This document shows positions 29,925 to 38,603 of a stretch of DNA of 64,000 bases, piece after piece; the first letter of the stretch is position 1, and every line of letters begins with the position of its first letter. The position numbers and the translations under genes were made by a program. The notes beneath the pieces are model-generated. The model searched no databases. It had not been told where the DNA came from and worked only from the letters and a program-made list of their open reading frames with translations. Location of the stretch: the sequence record MT366760.1, one strand, 5' to 3'.

Positions 29925-30881
29925 ATGGCACTTACTAAAGAAAAAGCTAAGAAGATTTTCGATGAACACCTAGCAGCTCGCAAAGACGGTAATTTCATGA
30001 CTATTACTGAAGACGCCCTAGCTTTGTTAACCAATTCTCAACGTCTGAACTATTACCAACATGGTTACGACCATCTGGGTAAACAAATCGACGGTCTAGG
30101 CAACACTATCATGCAACATTTCTCTGACGAAATGGGAACTGAACTTGATGGTAAGACTATCGGTATCAACGGTGCTTGTGAAATGGCTAGTGACCTACTA
30201 GCTACACTACCCGCTCACCGTGAGAATACTAAGAAAATCGCTGAACTAAATGTATTCCTGCAAGAATCAACTAACGCACAAGTTGGTAAAGGAGTAGTTG
30301 CTGAAGTTATCCGACTACTCACGCCTAAAGACGACGAAACATTCGTTCTTAACGCAGGTGAAGCACTATTTGGTTTCGCAGGTTGGTTAACATCACGTGA
30401 CGAAGTATCTAAGTTTGGTTCTTCCATTTGGGCTACCCCTGCCGCTGATATGGTTGCTGAATTTATCAAAGCTAACAACCTATCAGACACGGAAATCCGC
30501 GATGAATGGTCGGAACATCTGGTTCACCCAACGTGGACATTAGCTGATTCAGGTTACCCAGAAGAATCAATTACAGCCTACTTCTCACGTGGTGACGAAG
30601 ATCTACCACTCCTACCACTAGCGTGTTACCTGTGGGGTATTATCGACGATATTGATACTGCCTTCGACGTTTGTAAAGATAACGACGTTGCACTACGTGA
30701 ATCAGTCCAACACCTACAGAATAAGCGATGGAAAACAGGTGTTACAACGGATGGTCACCGCCTGTTATTGGGTAACATTAACGTACCTAAACACTACGTG
30801 GAGGGTACTGACTACTCCCTATCAACGTTCCCCGAAATTGCATTAGAAGCTGAAACTCCTAGTATCGGCACTGAAGAATAA
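29925..30881 (+). CDS. Hypothetical multidomain phage protein
   Basis: 318 aa; AGEALFGFAGWLTSR and LWGIIDDIDTAFD segments look like small phage domains. Confidence 0.6.
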   Translation: MALTKEKAKKIFDEHLAARKDGNFMTITEDALALLTNSQRLNYYQHGYDHLGKQIDGLGNTIMQHFSDEMGTELDGKTIGINGACEMASDLLATLPAHRENTKKIAELNVFLQESTNAQVGKGVVAEVIRLLTPKDDETFVLNAGEALFGFAGWLTSRDEVSKFGSSIWATPAADMVAEFIKANNLSDTEIRDEWSEHLVHPTWTLADSGYPEESITAYFSRGDEDLPLLPLACYLWGIIDDIDTAFDVCKDNDVALRESVQHLQNKRWKTGVTTDGHRLLLGNINVPKHYVEGTDYSLSTFPEIALEAETPSIGTEE

Positions 30882-30889
30882 TGTAAATA
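30882..30889 (+). promoter_or_regulatory. TGTAAATA promoter-like motif
   Basis: Immediately after a stop codon, upstream of the TGT-like gene; a CTAATTTTAAT motif also occurs at 30936. Confidence 0.55.
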
Positions 30890-30970
30890 GTTGGTATGAA
30901 CGCTAGCCGAGGACGGATGAATGTTCTCGGCTTTTCTAATTTTAATAACCCGATAACTGAGGGAGCACTC

Positions 30971-32587
30971 ATGGCACGTAAAAAGAGTAGCACTCCGCAA
31001 CCTGGTGAATACAACTTAGTTCCCGCAGGATTGTTTAGTGTTAACCATAGCGGGATGGGGTTGTATGTTCGTTACTGTAAGAACCCTAACCGTATTGATG
31101 TTGTAGAGATGTCGCCACGACACGTTTATATCAAGTGTCCTGACCGAGACCTCTATTTGGTCAGTGCTGCACACCACGCATCACACCTACGACCATCAGC
31201 AGGTACATACGATAAGTATGTTAACCTTAGCCTATTCCACGATCTCAACGCTGTAGACCACGACATCCCTTACTACATGGTGAATTATACTCAGTCACTA
31301 GGTAAAGAAGACAAGTCCCATGGGAACCGCAGACTAGACCCACGACCAATCGGGGAAAAACAAAGCAAAATTATTTCGGACTCAGGCGGCTTCCAAATTC
31401 TAATGGGACGCACCGAATACATTGACCCTCTGCAGATCATCCAATGGTATAACGAAAACGTTGATGTCGGTCTAATTCTCGATATCCCAACATTCGTTAA
31501 CAAGGATGGGTTACTCGACCGTCTAGCACGTATCCAACAAAAGAATACCCAAATCATGTTGGACAACAAACGTGACACCCTTGAACTAATGAACATCTTC
31601 CATGGACACACACCGGAGGATGTACGTAAATTCCGTGAAATAACTGAACACCCTGACATCAACCGACTAGCGTTTGGTGCATCTTACTTGGATACCGTTA
31701 TGTCTAGTCTTGGTAAGATTGCTGAAATGATGCACACGGGTAAGAAGTATGACCAGTACCACATGTTGGGCGTTGCAAACCTGAAGCAAGTATACCCACT
31801 TATCTACATGGCTAAGAAGGGATTCGCTCCAGAAATATCTAGTGATGCTTCCACATGGCTACAGGAATCTACTTCAAAAGGCTACTACCACCAAGAGCAC
31901 ATTTCGGAACCACCTGGCTTCATTAAAATGTTCGACAAGGTAAATGCACCATCACCCTATAATACACTACCATGTAATTGTCCTGTGTGTAGCAACATTA
32001 AATACACAGATGCACTATCAGTGATTAATGGTAACGTGACAACATTCCTCATGGCTCACCATAACATGTATGCCTACAATAATGTCGTGCAAGCGATGAA
32101 AGGTATCATGGCGGAAGCATCCCTTAAGGAAATTAAGGAACTCGTTGCACGCCAATTCAGAACACGTAGTGGTAAGGATGAAGCACTCAAATCATTCGAC
32201 TTTATCGAATCTATTTCTGAACATGGTGTTGATTCCTCGTACAAGAAGTTCGGCTACTACTTGAACTCTATGAAGAGTAACATGTCTAGTAACAAGACAC
32301 TCTTCGGTAAGGAGGAAGAGGATGTTGGTGAAAACGGTATCGTTCAGATTGCTGATGACGACCCACGCCTGATTCGCACACTTGAAGTATGTGATATTTA
32401 CGAAGGTAAAACTGAGCGTAAACATGGTGCTAAAAATGCCAACGCGAAGAAAACGGGACACTTGAAAGCTAGCTCTGGTGCTAAGGGAACGGCGGGTAAA
32501 CGTAAGAAACCTAAAAAGGTAAAGGCGAAAGCTAAAGACACTAAGAAGGTGACTACCAATGCCAAAGCAAAGAGTACGAAAAAGTAA
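30971..32587 (+). CDS. tgt: Queuine tRNA-ribosyltransferase (TGT) / DpdA-like 7-deazaguanine transglycosylase
   Basis: SDSGGFQ, LILDIP, HMLGV and SSDASTW catalytic motifs; CNCPVC...H Zn site; Lys-rich C-terminal tail. Start at MARKK after GGAG. Confidence 0.8.
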   Translation: MARKKSSTPQPGEYNLVPAGLFSVNHSGMGLYVRYCKNPNRIDVVEMSPRHVYIKCPDRDLYLVSAAHHASHLRPSAGTYDKYVNLSLFHDLNAVDHDIPYYMVNYTQSLGKEDKSHGNRRLDPRPIGEKQSKIISDSGGFQILMGRTEYIDPLQIIQWYNENVDVGLILDIPTFVNKDGLLDRLARIQQKNTQIMLDNKRDTLELMNIFHGHTPEDVRKFREITEHPDINRLAFGASYLDTVMSSLGKIAEMMHTGKKYDQYHMLGVANLKQVYPLIYMAKKGFAPEISSDASTWLQESTSKGYYHQEHISEPPGFIKMFDKVNAPSPYNTLPCNCPVCSNIKYTDALSVINGNVTTFLMAHHNMYAYNNVVQAMKGIMAEASLKEIKELVARQFRTRSGKDEALKSFDFIESISEHGVDSSYKKFGYYLNSMKSNMSSNKTLFGKEEEDVGENGIVQIADDDPRLIRTLEVCDIYEGKTERKHGAKNANAKKTGHLKASSGAKGTAGKRKKPKKVKAKAKDTKKVTTNAKAKSTKK

Positions 32588-33023
32588 AAACCAAAAATCA
32601 GACGAGGGTTTGAGTGTTGCTAAACTAATACAGACCACTCGTCGATTCCGATACTTAGACGCATCATCAAGGGACGTTCGCTTATACCGACCACTTCGTA
32701 TGAAGGGCGAGAACGGGGTACGCATTGAGGCTTCAGCTAAATCGCGTATTTCGAAGCAAAATAGAAACCCACAAGTACACAGATGCTCTATGGAATGTAT
32801 TAATGGCTATGACCGCTTAACACATAAGAAAGCACGCGTTAAGGTTTCTTGTGATTGTGAGTTCTTTACATACACATGTGAGGTCGCACTATATCGCTAT
32901 GGAGCTGCTGATATCATCTTTAGTAATGGTGAATACCCGTACTCCACAAACCCCCGTGGTTTACCTATTATGTGTAAGCACCTTTTATCCATGGCTAAAG
33001 CTATTCAGAAGAAAGGGTTCTGA
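32559..33023 (+). CDS. SWIM-type Zn-finger protein
   Basis: KVSCDCEFF...TNPRGLPIMCKHL (CxC...CxH). Confidence 0.7.
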   Translation: MPKQRVRKSKNQKSDEGLSVAKLIQTTRRFRYLDASSRDVRLYRPLRMKGENGVRIEASAKSRISKQNRNPQVHRCSMECINGYDRLTHKKARVKVSCDCEFFTYTCEVALYRYGAADIIFSNGEYPYSTNPRGLPIMCKHLLSMAKAIQKKGF

Positions 33024-33028
33024 TTATT

Positions 33029-33976
33029 GTGTCAGACTCTATGAGCTACCTAAAGGCTAACGACCCCAATGAGATGCAGTTGTCATCTAATCAGATATTC
33101 ACATTGTTTGACGACCTGATTTATCGAGCAGTAGACTGCCTGATTGATAACTGCGACTTCGTTGACAAATCATTAGCCTCAGTATTATCTTGGTATAACG
33201 CCAACAAGAGAAGACGTTTAAGTAGATTAGTCCGACAAGAAGCTGTCAGCTTAATGATGAGCTACCTGATAACACCCGACCGCGAACTTAAGAAAGAAAT
33301 ACTCCGCGAGTTGATGTTAGAAAGGGGTTTAATGTTAGCTATACTAGAACAGTTCCTTGTAGTAACTAAGAACTACCAAACGTGTGTCCACCGAACAATA
33401 AATTTTAACTCTCGTTACTATAATTCGGTGTCCCAAGAACGCAGGTCTATTGAGAGACAAGTCGGTGTTCTAAAGGATGGGAACTTGTATTGCGCAATCA
33501 ACACTATTGACCTGTGGCATTCTACAGCTATAGATATGCGTAATAGGATAATGCGTAAACACACTAGATACATCTTTAGTAAAGTTCGTTCAGAAGGTAA
33601 TCGGGCAACCACGCCTATAGACTTGAATGACATGGCTCAGAATTATGTAGTCGCACTACTCAAGGCTATCTATAAATACTTACCTGAACGTGGTACTTTC
33701 CAATCGTACCTTGAATACTGGTTACTTGATGCTAAGACCAACAGTGGTTCCAAACACTATTATGGTTTAGCCTTTGATGTGCCCAGTATGGAAACTTTAG
33801 AAAAGAATTCACTCTCAAATTTATCTATCCCTCTATCAGCAGAAGAAGTTCAGATGGTGTCTACTCATGGCGTCGAACAGGAAGTTTGCGATAACTCGCA
33901 TATCCTTAGAATCCGTGAGTTAGCTTTATACGCAGATCCACTTGGATATGCACGTGAAGCGTTAAACATCGACTAA
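33029..33976 (+). CDS. Sigma70-like transcription factor (region 2)
   Basis: DLNDMAQNYVVALLKAIYKYLPERGTFQSYLEYWL resembles sigma region 2.2-2.4 (DLIQEG..GL.KA..KFDP.RG..F.TYA.WWI). Confidence 0.65.
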   Translation: MSDSMSYLKANDPNEMQLSSNQIFTLFDDLIYRAVDCLIDNCDFVDKSLASVLSWYNANKRRRLSRLVRQEAVSLMMSYLITPDRELKKEILRELMLERGLMLAILEQFLVVTKNYQTCVHRTINFNSRYYNSVSQERRSIERQVGVLKDGNLYCAINTIDLWHSTAIDMRNRIMRKHTRYIFSKVRSEGNRATTPIDLNDMAQNYVVALLKAIYKYLPERGTFQSYLEYWLLDAKTNSGSKHYYGLAFDVPSMETLEKNSLSNLSIPLSAEEVQMVSTHGVEQEVCDNSHILRIRELALYADPLGYAREALNID

Positions 33977-33982
33977 TGTTTC

Positions 33983-33990
33983 TGTAAATA
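33983..33990 (+). promoter_or_regulatory. TGTAAATA promoter-like motif
   Basis: Intergenic, upstream of SSB. Confidence 0.6.
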
Positions 33991-34028
33991 AATATCACAA
34001 CACAAGCTAAACTCAATTGGAGAATAAC

Positions 34029-35024
34029 ATGGCTGAAAGAAAACGTGGCTTTGGCGGTTTAAAGACTGGAGGCGACAAAGCTAAACGTCTAGAAGATCAG
34101 GTAGAAATGTTGACACTGCCGAAGGACGGTTCGTGGGTTACAGTTCGTATCATAGGTGATGTTCATTCCACCGCTATCCGTTGGATTGACATCATTACCC
34201 AGAAAGGTCAGATCTCAATTCCTAAAGTAGCGCTGAACTACGATGCGGATACCGACGACTTCGATTCAACAATTGAAGATCCGTACGAAGAAATTTCTAA
34301 CCCTCAACGTTTAAGTACAACGCACTACGTTAACGTTCTAGTTCGTGATCTTGAAGACACTGAACCTAAGAAGAACAAACCAACATCAGGTGAGAAAAAG
34401 TCGGGTTTCAAAGACAAGAACTCTAAGTCGTGGACGCCAATTCGTGTACTACGTGTTCCTAAAGGTCTTGCGGGTAAACTGGCTAGTCTTATCGCCCTTA
34501 ACAAGCACAAGACTAAGAAAGGTACTGAAGCATTCGAACTATCCGACATCGAGTATGGTTGTGATGTTCACGTATCCTTCGACGATAGTAAGTCGCCTAG
34601 TGAGAAGTACTCAGTTCAAAAAGCAGAACATACTCCGCTGTCTAAAGCTGAACAGAAACTACTAGTATGGGACATCGCAACCAATCTAACCCCACCTGAA
34701 TCATTGGAAGTAGCTCGTAAAGAAGCTGAAAACTTGGAAGGTAAAGCTCCAATGGACGAAGAAGACGACGGTGACGAAGACGATTTCGATGTCAAAGACA
34801 AAAAGAAAAAGTCTAAAAAGTCTAAGAAAGACGATGATAAGAAGTCTAAAGACAAAAAGTCTAAGGGTAAGAAAGACTTCGATATCGACGACGATTTCAA
34901 AGACGATAAAAAGTCTAAAAAGTCTAAGAAAGACGACAAAGCTAAGTCTAAGAAAGATGACGGTAAAAAGTCTAAGAAAGACGACAAAGCTAAATCTAAA
35001 GACAAAAAGAAAAAGAAGAAGTAA
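34029..35024 (+). CDS. Single-stranded DNA-binding protein (gp32-like) with an acidic then Lys-rich tail
   Basis: VTVRIIG, HYVNVLVRD, LSDIEYGCDVHVSFD...KYSVQ gp32-like pattern; lies upstream of the recombinase. Confidence 0.65.
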   Translation: MAERKRGFGGLKTGGDKAKRLEDQVEMLTLPKDGSWVTVRIIGDVHSTAIRWIDIITQKGQISIPKVALNYDADTDDFDSTIEDPYEEISNPQRLSTTHYVNVLVRDLEDTEPKKNKPTSGEKKSGFKDKNSKSWTPIRVLRVPKGLAGKLASLIALNKHKTKKGTEAFELSDIEYGCDVHVSFDDSKSPSEKYSVQKAEHTPLSKAEQKLLVWDIATNLTPPESLEVARKEAENLEGKAPMDEEDDGDEDDFDVKDKKKKSKKSKKDDDKKSKDKKSKGKKDFDIDDDFKDDKKSKKSKKDDKAKSKKDDGKKSKKDDKAKSKDKKKKKK

Positions 35025-35038
35025 CCCTTCACTAACAC

Positions 35039-35046
35039 TGTAAATA
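35039..35046 (+). promoter_or_regulatory. TGTAAATA promoter-like motif
   Basis: Intergenic, upstream of the acidic repeat gene. Confidence 0.6.
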
Positions 35047-35111
35047 TGTGGTGTGGCAACAACGTCACATCACACTCAATAAATTAAATCTCATTATTAG
35101 GAAAACCTATC

Positions 35112-35870
35112 ATGGCTAAAAAAGTAAATGTTGCTGAACTACTAGTTGAAGCTGTTACCCTTAACGTTACTCTTGGTGAACTTATCGGTGATGCTGATGA
35201 GAAGTGTGGTGATAAGAAGGTTACCAAACTACTTGGTAAAGCTGCTGAAGCTCAAGAAGAATTGAGCGAACTACTTAACAAACTAGCAGGTGACTCGGAC
35301 GCTGACGCTGAAGAAGAAACTGAAGTTGACATTGAAGAGCTGCGCGAGCAAGCTATCGAACTTGGCATGAAAAAGAAAGATGCCAAGAAAGCAGACGAAG
35401 ACGAGCTGCAAGAATTCATTGATGAAAACTCTGAAGAAGAGGAAGAAGTCGATGAAGACGAACTCCGTGAAGAAGCTATCGAACTTGGCATGAAAAAGAA
35501 AGATGCTAAGAAAGCTTCAGTAGAAGAACTCCAAGAGTTCATTGAAGAAAATGCCGAAGAAGAGGAAGAAGGCGAAGAAGAAGAGGAAGAAGTAGACATC
35601 GAAGATCTTCGTGAACAAGCAATCGCTTTAGGCATGAAAAAGAAAGATGCTAAGAAAGCGGATGAAGACGAACTTCAAGAATTCATCGACGAAAACGGTG
35701 AAGAAGAAGGCGAAGAAGAGGAGGAAGAAGATGAAATCAACCTCGATGAACTAGAAGACGACGAACTAATCGCACTAGCTGTCAAAATGAAACTAGGTAA
35801 GAAGAAAGATCTTGCTGACGTTAAAGCTAAGAAACTTCGTAAAATGATTGCGGAAGCTCTAGAAGACTGA
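35112..35870 (+). CDS. Highly acidic protein with three tandem helix-turn-helix-like repeats
   Basis: Three copies of (E/D)LRE(Q/E)AIxLGMKKKDAKKAxx(D/E)ELQEFIxEN separated by poly-Glu linkers. Confidence 0.75.
   Translation: MAKKVNVAELLVEAVTLNVTLGELIGDADEKCGDKKVTKLLGKAAEAQEELSELLNKLAGDSDADAEEETEVDIEELREQAIELGMKKKDAKKADEDELQEFIDENSEEEEEVDEDELREEAIELGMKKKDAKKASVEELQEFIEENAEEEEEGEEEEEEVDIEDLREQAIALGMKKKDAKKADEDELQEFIDENGEEEGEEEEEEDEINLDELEDDELIALAVKMKLGKKKDLADVKAKKLRKMIAEALED
35335..35700 (+). repeat. Three coding tandem repeats
   Basis: Identical 20-mer GGCATGAAAAAGAAAGATGC at 35364, 35487 and 35631. Confidence 0.9.
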
Positions 35871-36011
35871 AAGAGTAACGGTAAGTCGGGTGGTGTGAAC
35901 TACAACCCATCTTCAGGTGGATTCTTTAATGAAGCACCGGATGCGTTGGAAGACGGGAACCGCCCGTCAACCCCGAAGTCTTCTAAGAAGAAAAAGCGCA
36001 AGTAATAAAAC

Positions 36012-36041
36012 GGCAGGTTGGCGAAAGCTGCCTGCCATTTT
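36012..36041 (+). terminator. Rho-independent terminator
   Basis: GGCAGG-TTGGC-GAAA-GCTG-CCTGCC followed by ATTTT. Confidence 0.75.
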
Positions 36042-36066
36042 AGTTTTCCCTCAATAAGGATTAATT

Positions 36067-37578
36067 ATGGCACCTAAAAAGAAACCGGCAGGTAAAGCCG
36101 TGGACACTGAAGAAAAGCCAAAGAAAACTCCTAAGAAAGCAACGGCAGCAAAGAAAACGTCGCCAAGTAAATCAGCCTTAGCAGTATCCGAAGCACTTCA
36201 AGACACTTACGACTTACTTGGTGTGTCTAGCCTGTTAGACGATATGGAACGCGAGTTTAAATTGGCGTCGTCCTCGACTGATACGGATGCACGCTCATCC
36301 ACATGTGTATCATCTGGTCTACTTATGACTGACTTAATGTTGGCAGGCGGTATCTATGGTGGTGGTTGGTACACAATACTCGGTCCTGAGGGCTCATGTA
36401 AAACTACTCACCTAATGTGTTGGTTAGAACAGTTGTTTATGTCAGATATCCCAATCATTCAGCATTGGGATTACGAAGGTTCTACAACACCTGACTATAT
36501 GCAGTCTATCCTAGAAGGTCGTGGTTCTAAACTTGACGTTAAACGTCTATTCGGTTTACGAGATCCCGACCATCCAGAGAAATGGGCAGTTGAACCCCGT
36601 ATCCGTTACTATCCCGAATCAGAAGGTGAGCGTTTCTACAAAGCAGTTGGTAACCTGCTTAAACGTCTACCAGACAAACTATGTATCAATGGTATCTGGT
36701 ACTTAGGGTTCGAACGTACCAAACAAAACATCTCACGACTAAAAGGTAAGTACGATACTAAACTTAGCACTAAGTATGGTCGCCTAATGGTGGAGTCACC
36801 TAATGGTGGTCAGATGCAAGCACTATTCATCCTTGATTCGTTCCCTGCTATGACTGCCGAAATCGACGATGAAGGTGAAGGCTCTAACGGTCTAGCACTT
36901 GATGCACGTATGCATTCTAAGCACTACAAGAAAGTACGTTCCAAACTGAAACGTAAGAATGCTACATTGGTCGGTGTTAACCAAGTCCGTCTAAACCCAG
37001 GTGCTCGCTTCGGTAACCCTGAATATGAGCCGTGTGGTAACGCGATTAAACACGCATCTGATGCTCGTATTCGTCAAGCTCCTCGTGCAATTCCACACGG
37101 AACGGGTAGCATCGAAGAAGAAGACTCATGTCTAATCGAAGGTGGTACTGACCAATACAAATACATCCATATGCGTGCTGTTAAGAACAAGCTTGGTGTA
37201 GACAACCTAGAAGTTTGGCACCGTCTATGGATGGTTGATGGTGAGGGTAAAGGTCGTGGTATTGACCCCGTGTGGGACACATTCCAGTACCTTAAGTCAA
37301 CAGGTCAGTGTGACGGTACTATGAAGAAGATGAACATCACGCTTCATGACGGCTCATTCGAGATATCTAAACTTTCATGGTTCGACTTCAAGTGTCTAGT
37401 ACTTCTAACTGGCGCTGATCTACGCGCTCATTGTGAAGAACTTGGTATCGACAAAAATCCTAAACTTCGTGAGAAGTGTTTCAAGCAGATTGCTTCCGGT
37501 GACGGTATGAAACACTACTTCAACACCCTGAATGGCGCGTTGTACGACGAAGAAGAGGAAGACGAAGACGACCTCTAG
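36067..37578 (+). CDS. recA: RecA/UvsX-like recombinase
   Basis: Walker A GPEGSCKTT, FILDS Walker B, VGVNQVR..PGARFGNPEYEPCGNAIKH. Confidence 0.9.
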   Translation: MAPKKKPAGKAVDTEEKPKKTPKKATAAKKTSPSKSALAVSEALQDTYDLLGVSSLLDDMEREFKLASSSTDTDARSSTCVSSGLLMTDLMLAGGIYGGGWYTILGPEGSCKTTHLMCWLEQLFMSDIPIIQHWDYEGSTTPDYMQSILEGRGSKLDVKRLFGLRDPDHPEKWAVEPRIRYYPESEGERFYKAVGNLLKRLPDKLCINGIWYLGFERTKQNISRLKGKYDTKLSTKYGRLMVESPNGGQMQALFILDSFPAMTAEIDDEGEGSNGLALDARMHSKHYKKVRSKLKRKNATLVGVNQVRLNPGARFGNPEYEPCGNAIKHASDARIRQAPRAIPHGTGSIEEEDSCLIEGGTDQYKYIHMRAVKNKLGVDNLEVWHRLWMVDGEGKGRGIDPVWDTFQYLKSTGQCDGTMKKMNITLHDGSFEISKLSWFDFKCLVLLTGADLRAHCEELGIDKNPKLREKCFKQIASGDGMKHYFNTLNGALYDEEEEDEDDL

Positions 37579-37587
37579 GCTAAAAGG

Positions 37588-38109
37588 ATGGACAAGGATG
37601 TCCGTACGATTATGACTGATAATAACAAACTCTATATTTATCTAGCAGGTCTCCACGAAACTCGTATGCACATGCAGATGCATCAAAGCTTTATCCGTAA
37701 CCTAATCAAAGACACATTTGAAACTGATGGGTTCCAACCTGAAGTAGTATTTACTTGTGAAGATTGGATTAATAACCCTACTTACCAAGTGGTAGACGAA
37801 AGGGCTTCTACTGATTATTATGGTGTTAAAAACTGTGACATCTTTATTAGCTTTTCGCCACATGGTCTGGGTACTTCGAGTGAAATGGGTTATGCTATGG
37901 GTTTATCCAAACCCGCTATCCACTTGATGCCAGAAGAATATTATGACAAGGGTAACACTGACCTATTACCCCTAGGTAGATACAAGCACGTTACTAACAA
38001 CGATGATGTGTTCTTCGCTATAACGCACCATGAGTCCAGAATACTCACAACGGATGTTGAATGGTTTTCATACGCTCTAAGTCGCTTAGCTCGCGGGAAG
38101 TTCCTGTGA
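37588..38109 (+). CDS. Nucleoside 2-deoxyribosyltransferase / nucleotide N-glycosidase-like protein
   Basis: CDIFISF...GTSSEMGYAMGLSKP matches the NDT GT..E.GYA...KP motif. Confidence 0.7.
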   Translation: MDKDVRTIMTDNNKLYIYLAGLHETRMHMQMHQSFIRNLIKDTFETDGFQPEVVFTCEDWINNPTYQVVDERASTDYYGVKNCDIFISFSPHGLGTSSEMGYAMGLSKPAIHLMPEEYYDKGNTDLLPLGRYKHVTNNDDVFFAITHHESRILTTDVEWFSYALSRLARGKFL

Positions 38110-38603
38110 CTAACCCAACCCGTAAGGAAGTAACTGATGGACTAACCCTCGCGGGAATCGGTTACTTGACTAAGAAAGGCTTTGCTTGTGACACTGAACT
38201 ATCAGTAGTTCCTTGGGGAGACTTGAGGACTGATGTCTATGGTTTCAATATGCAAGGTGAAATCAACATACTTGAAATCAAATCATGTCACGCAGACTTC
38301 AAAGCGGATAACGATAGGGGCAAATGGAAAAACTATGTGAAGTATGCCCATAAGATGTACTTCCTAATACGTGATAAAGACCTTAAGTGGATGGAACAAT
38401 ACATCCCTGATTTAAAGGAGCAAGGTGTTGGCTTAATGTTGCTCAGCTCCTATAGCGGTCTTATCACAGTACACACTAATGCTAAGAAAAGACGAGTACC
38501 CGCACCTTGTCGTATTGGTAACCTGATACGATTCGCATGGCGTAACGCTCCGTTTTCCCGTAGAAAGGGTACAAAACGTAGACGTGTCTTTTTCCAAGAT
38601 TAA
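38106..38603 (+). CDS. MmcB-like PD-(D/E)xK nuclease
   Basis: RTDVYGF...ILEIKSCHADFKAD...KWKNYVKYAHKMYF; GTG start overlaps the upstream TGA. Confidence 0.75.
   Translation: MTNPTRKEVTDGLTLAGIGYLTKKGFACDTELSVVPWGDLRTDVYGFNMQGEINILEIKSCHADFKADNDRGKWKNYVKYAHKMYFLIRDKDLKWMEQYIPDLKEQGVGLMLLSSYSGLITVHTNAKKRRVPAPCRIGNLIRFAWRNAPFSRRKGTKRRRVFFQD

Noticed and set aside
30896-30970. Upstream in-frame start for the TGT-like gene
   Set aside because: The best RBS (GAGGGAG) precedes ATG 30971, and the upstream segment contains a promoter-like motif.
34616-35635. Antisense ORFs 34616-35068 and 35252-35635 (Ser/Phe/Leu-rich)
   Set aside because: They are mirror images of Lys/Glu/Asp low-complexity coding on the plus strand; no RBS or promoter.
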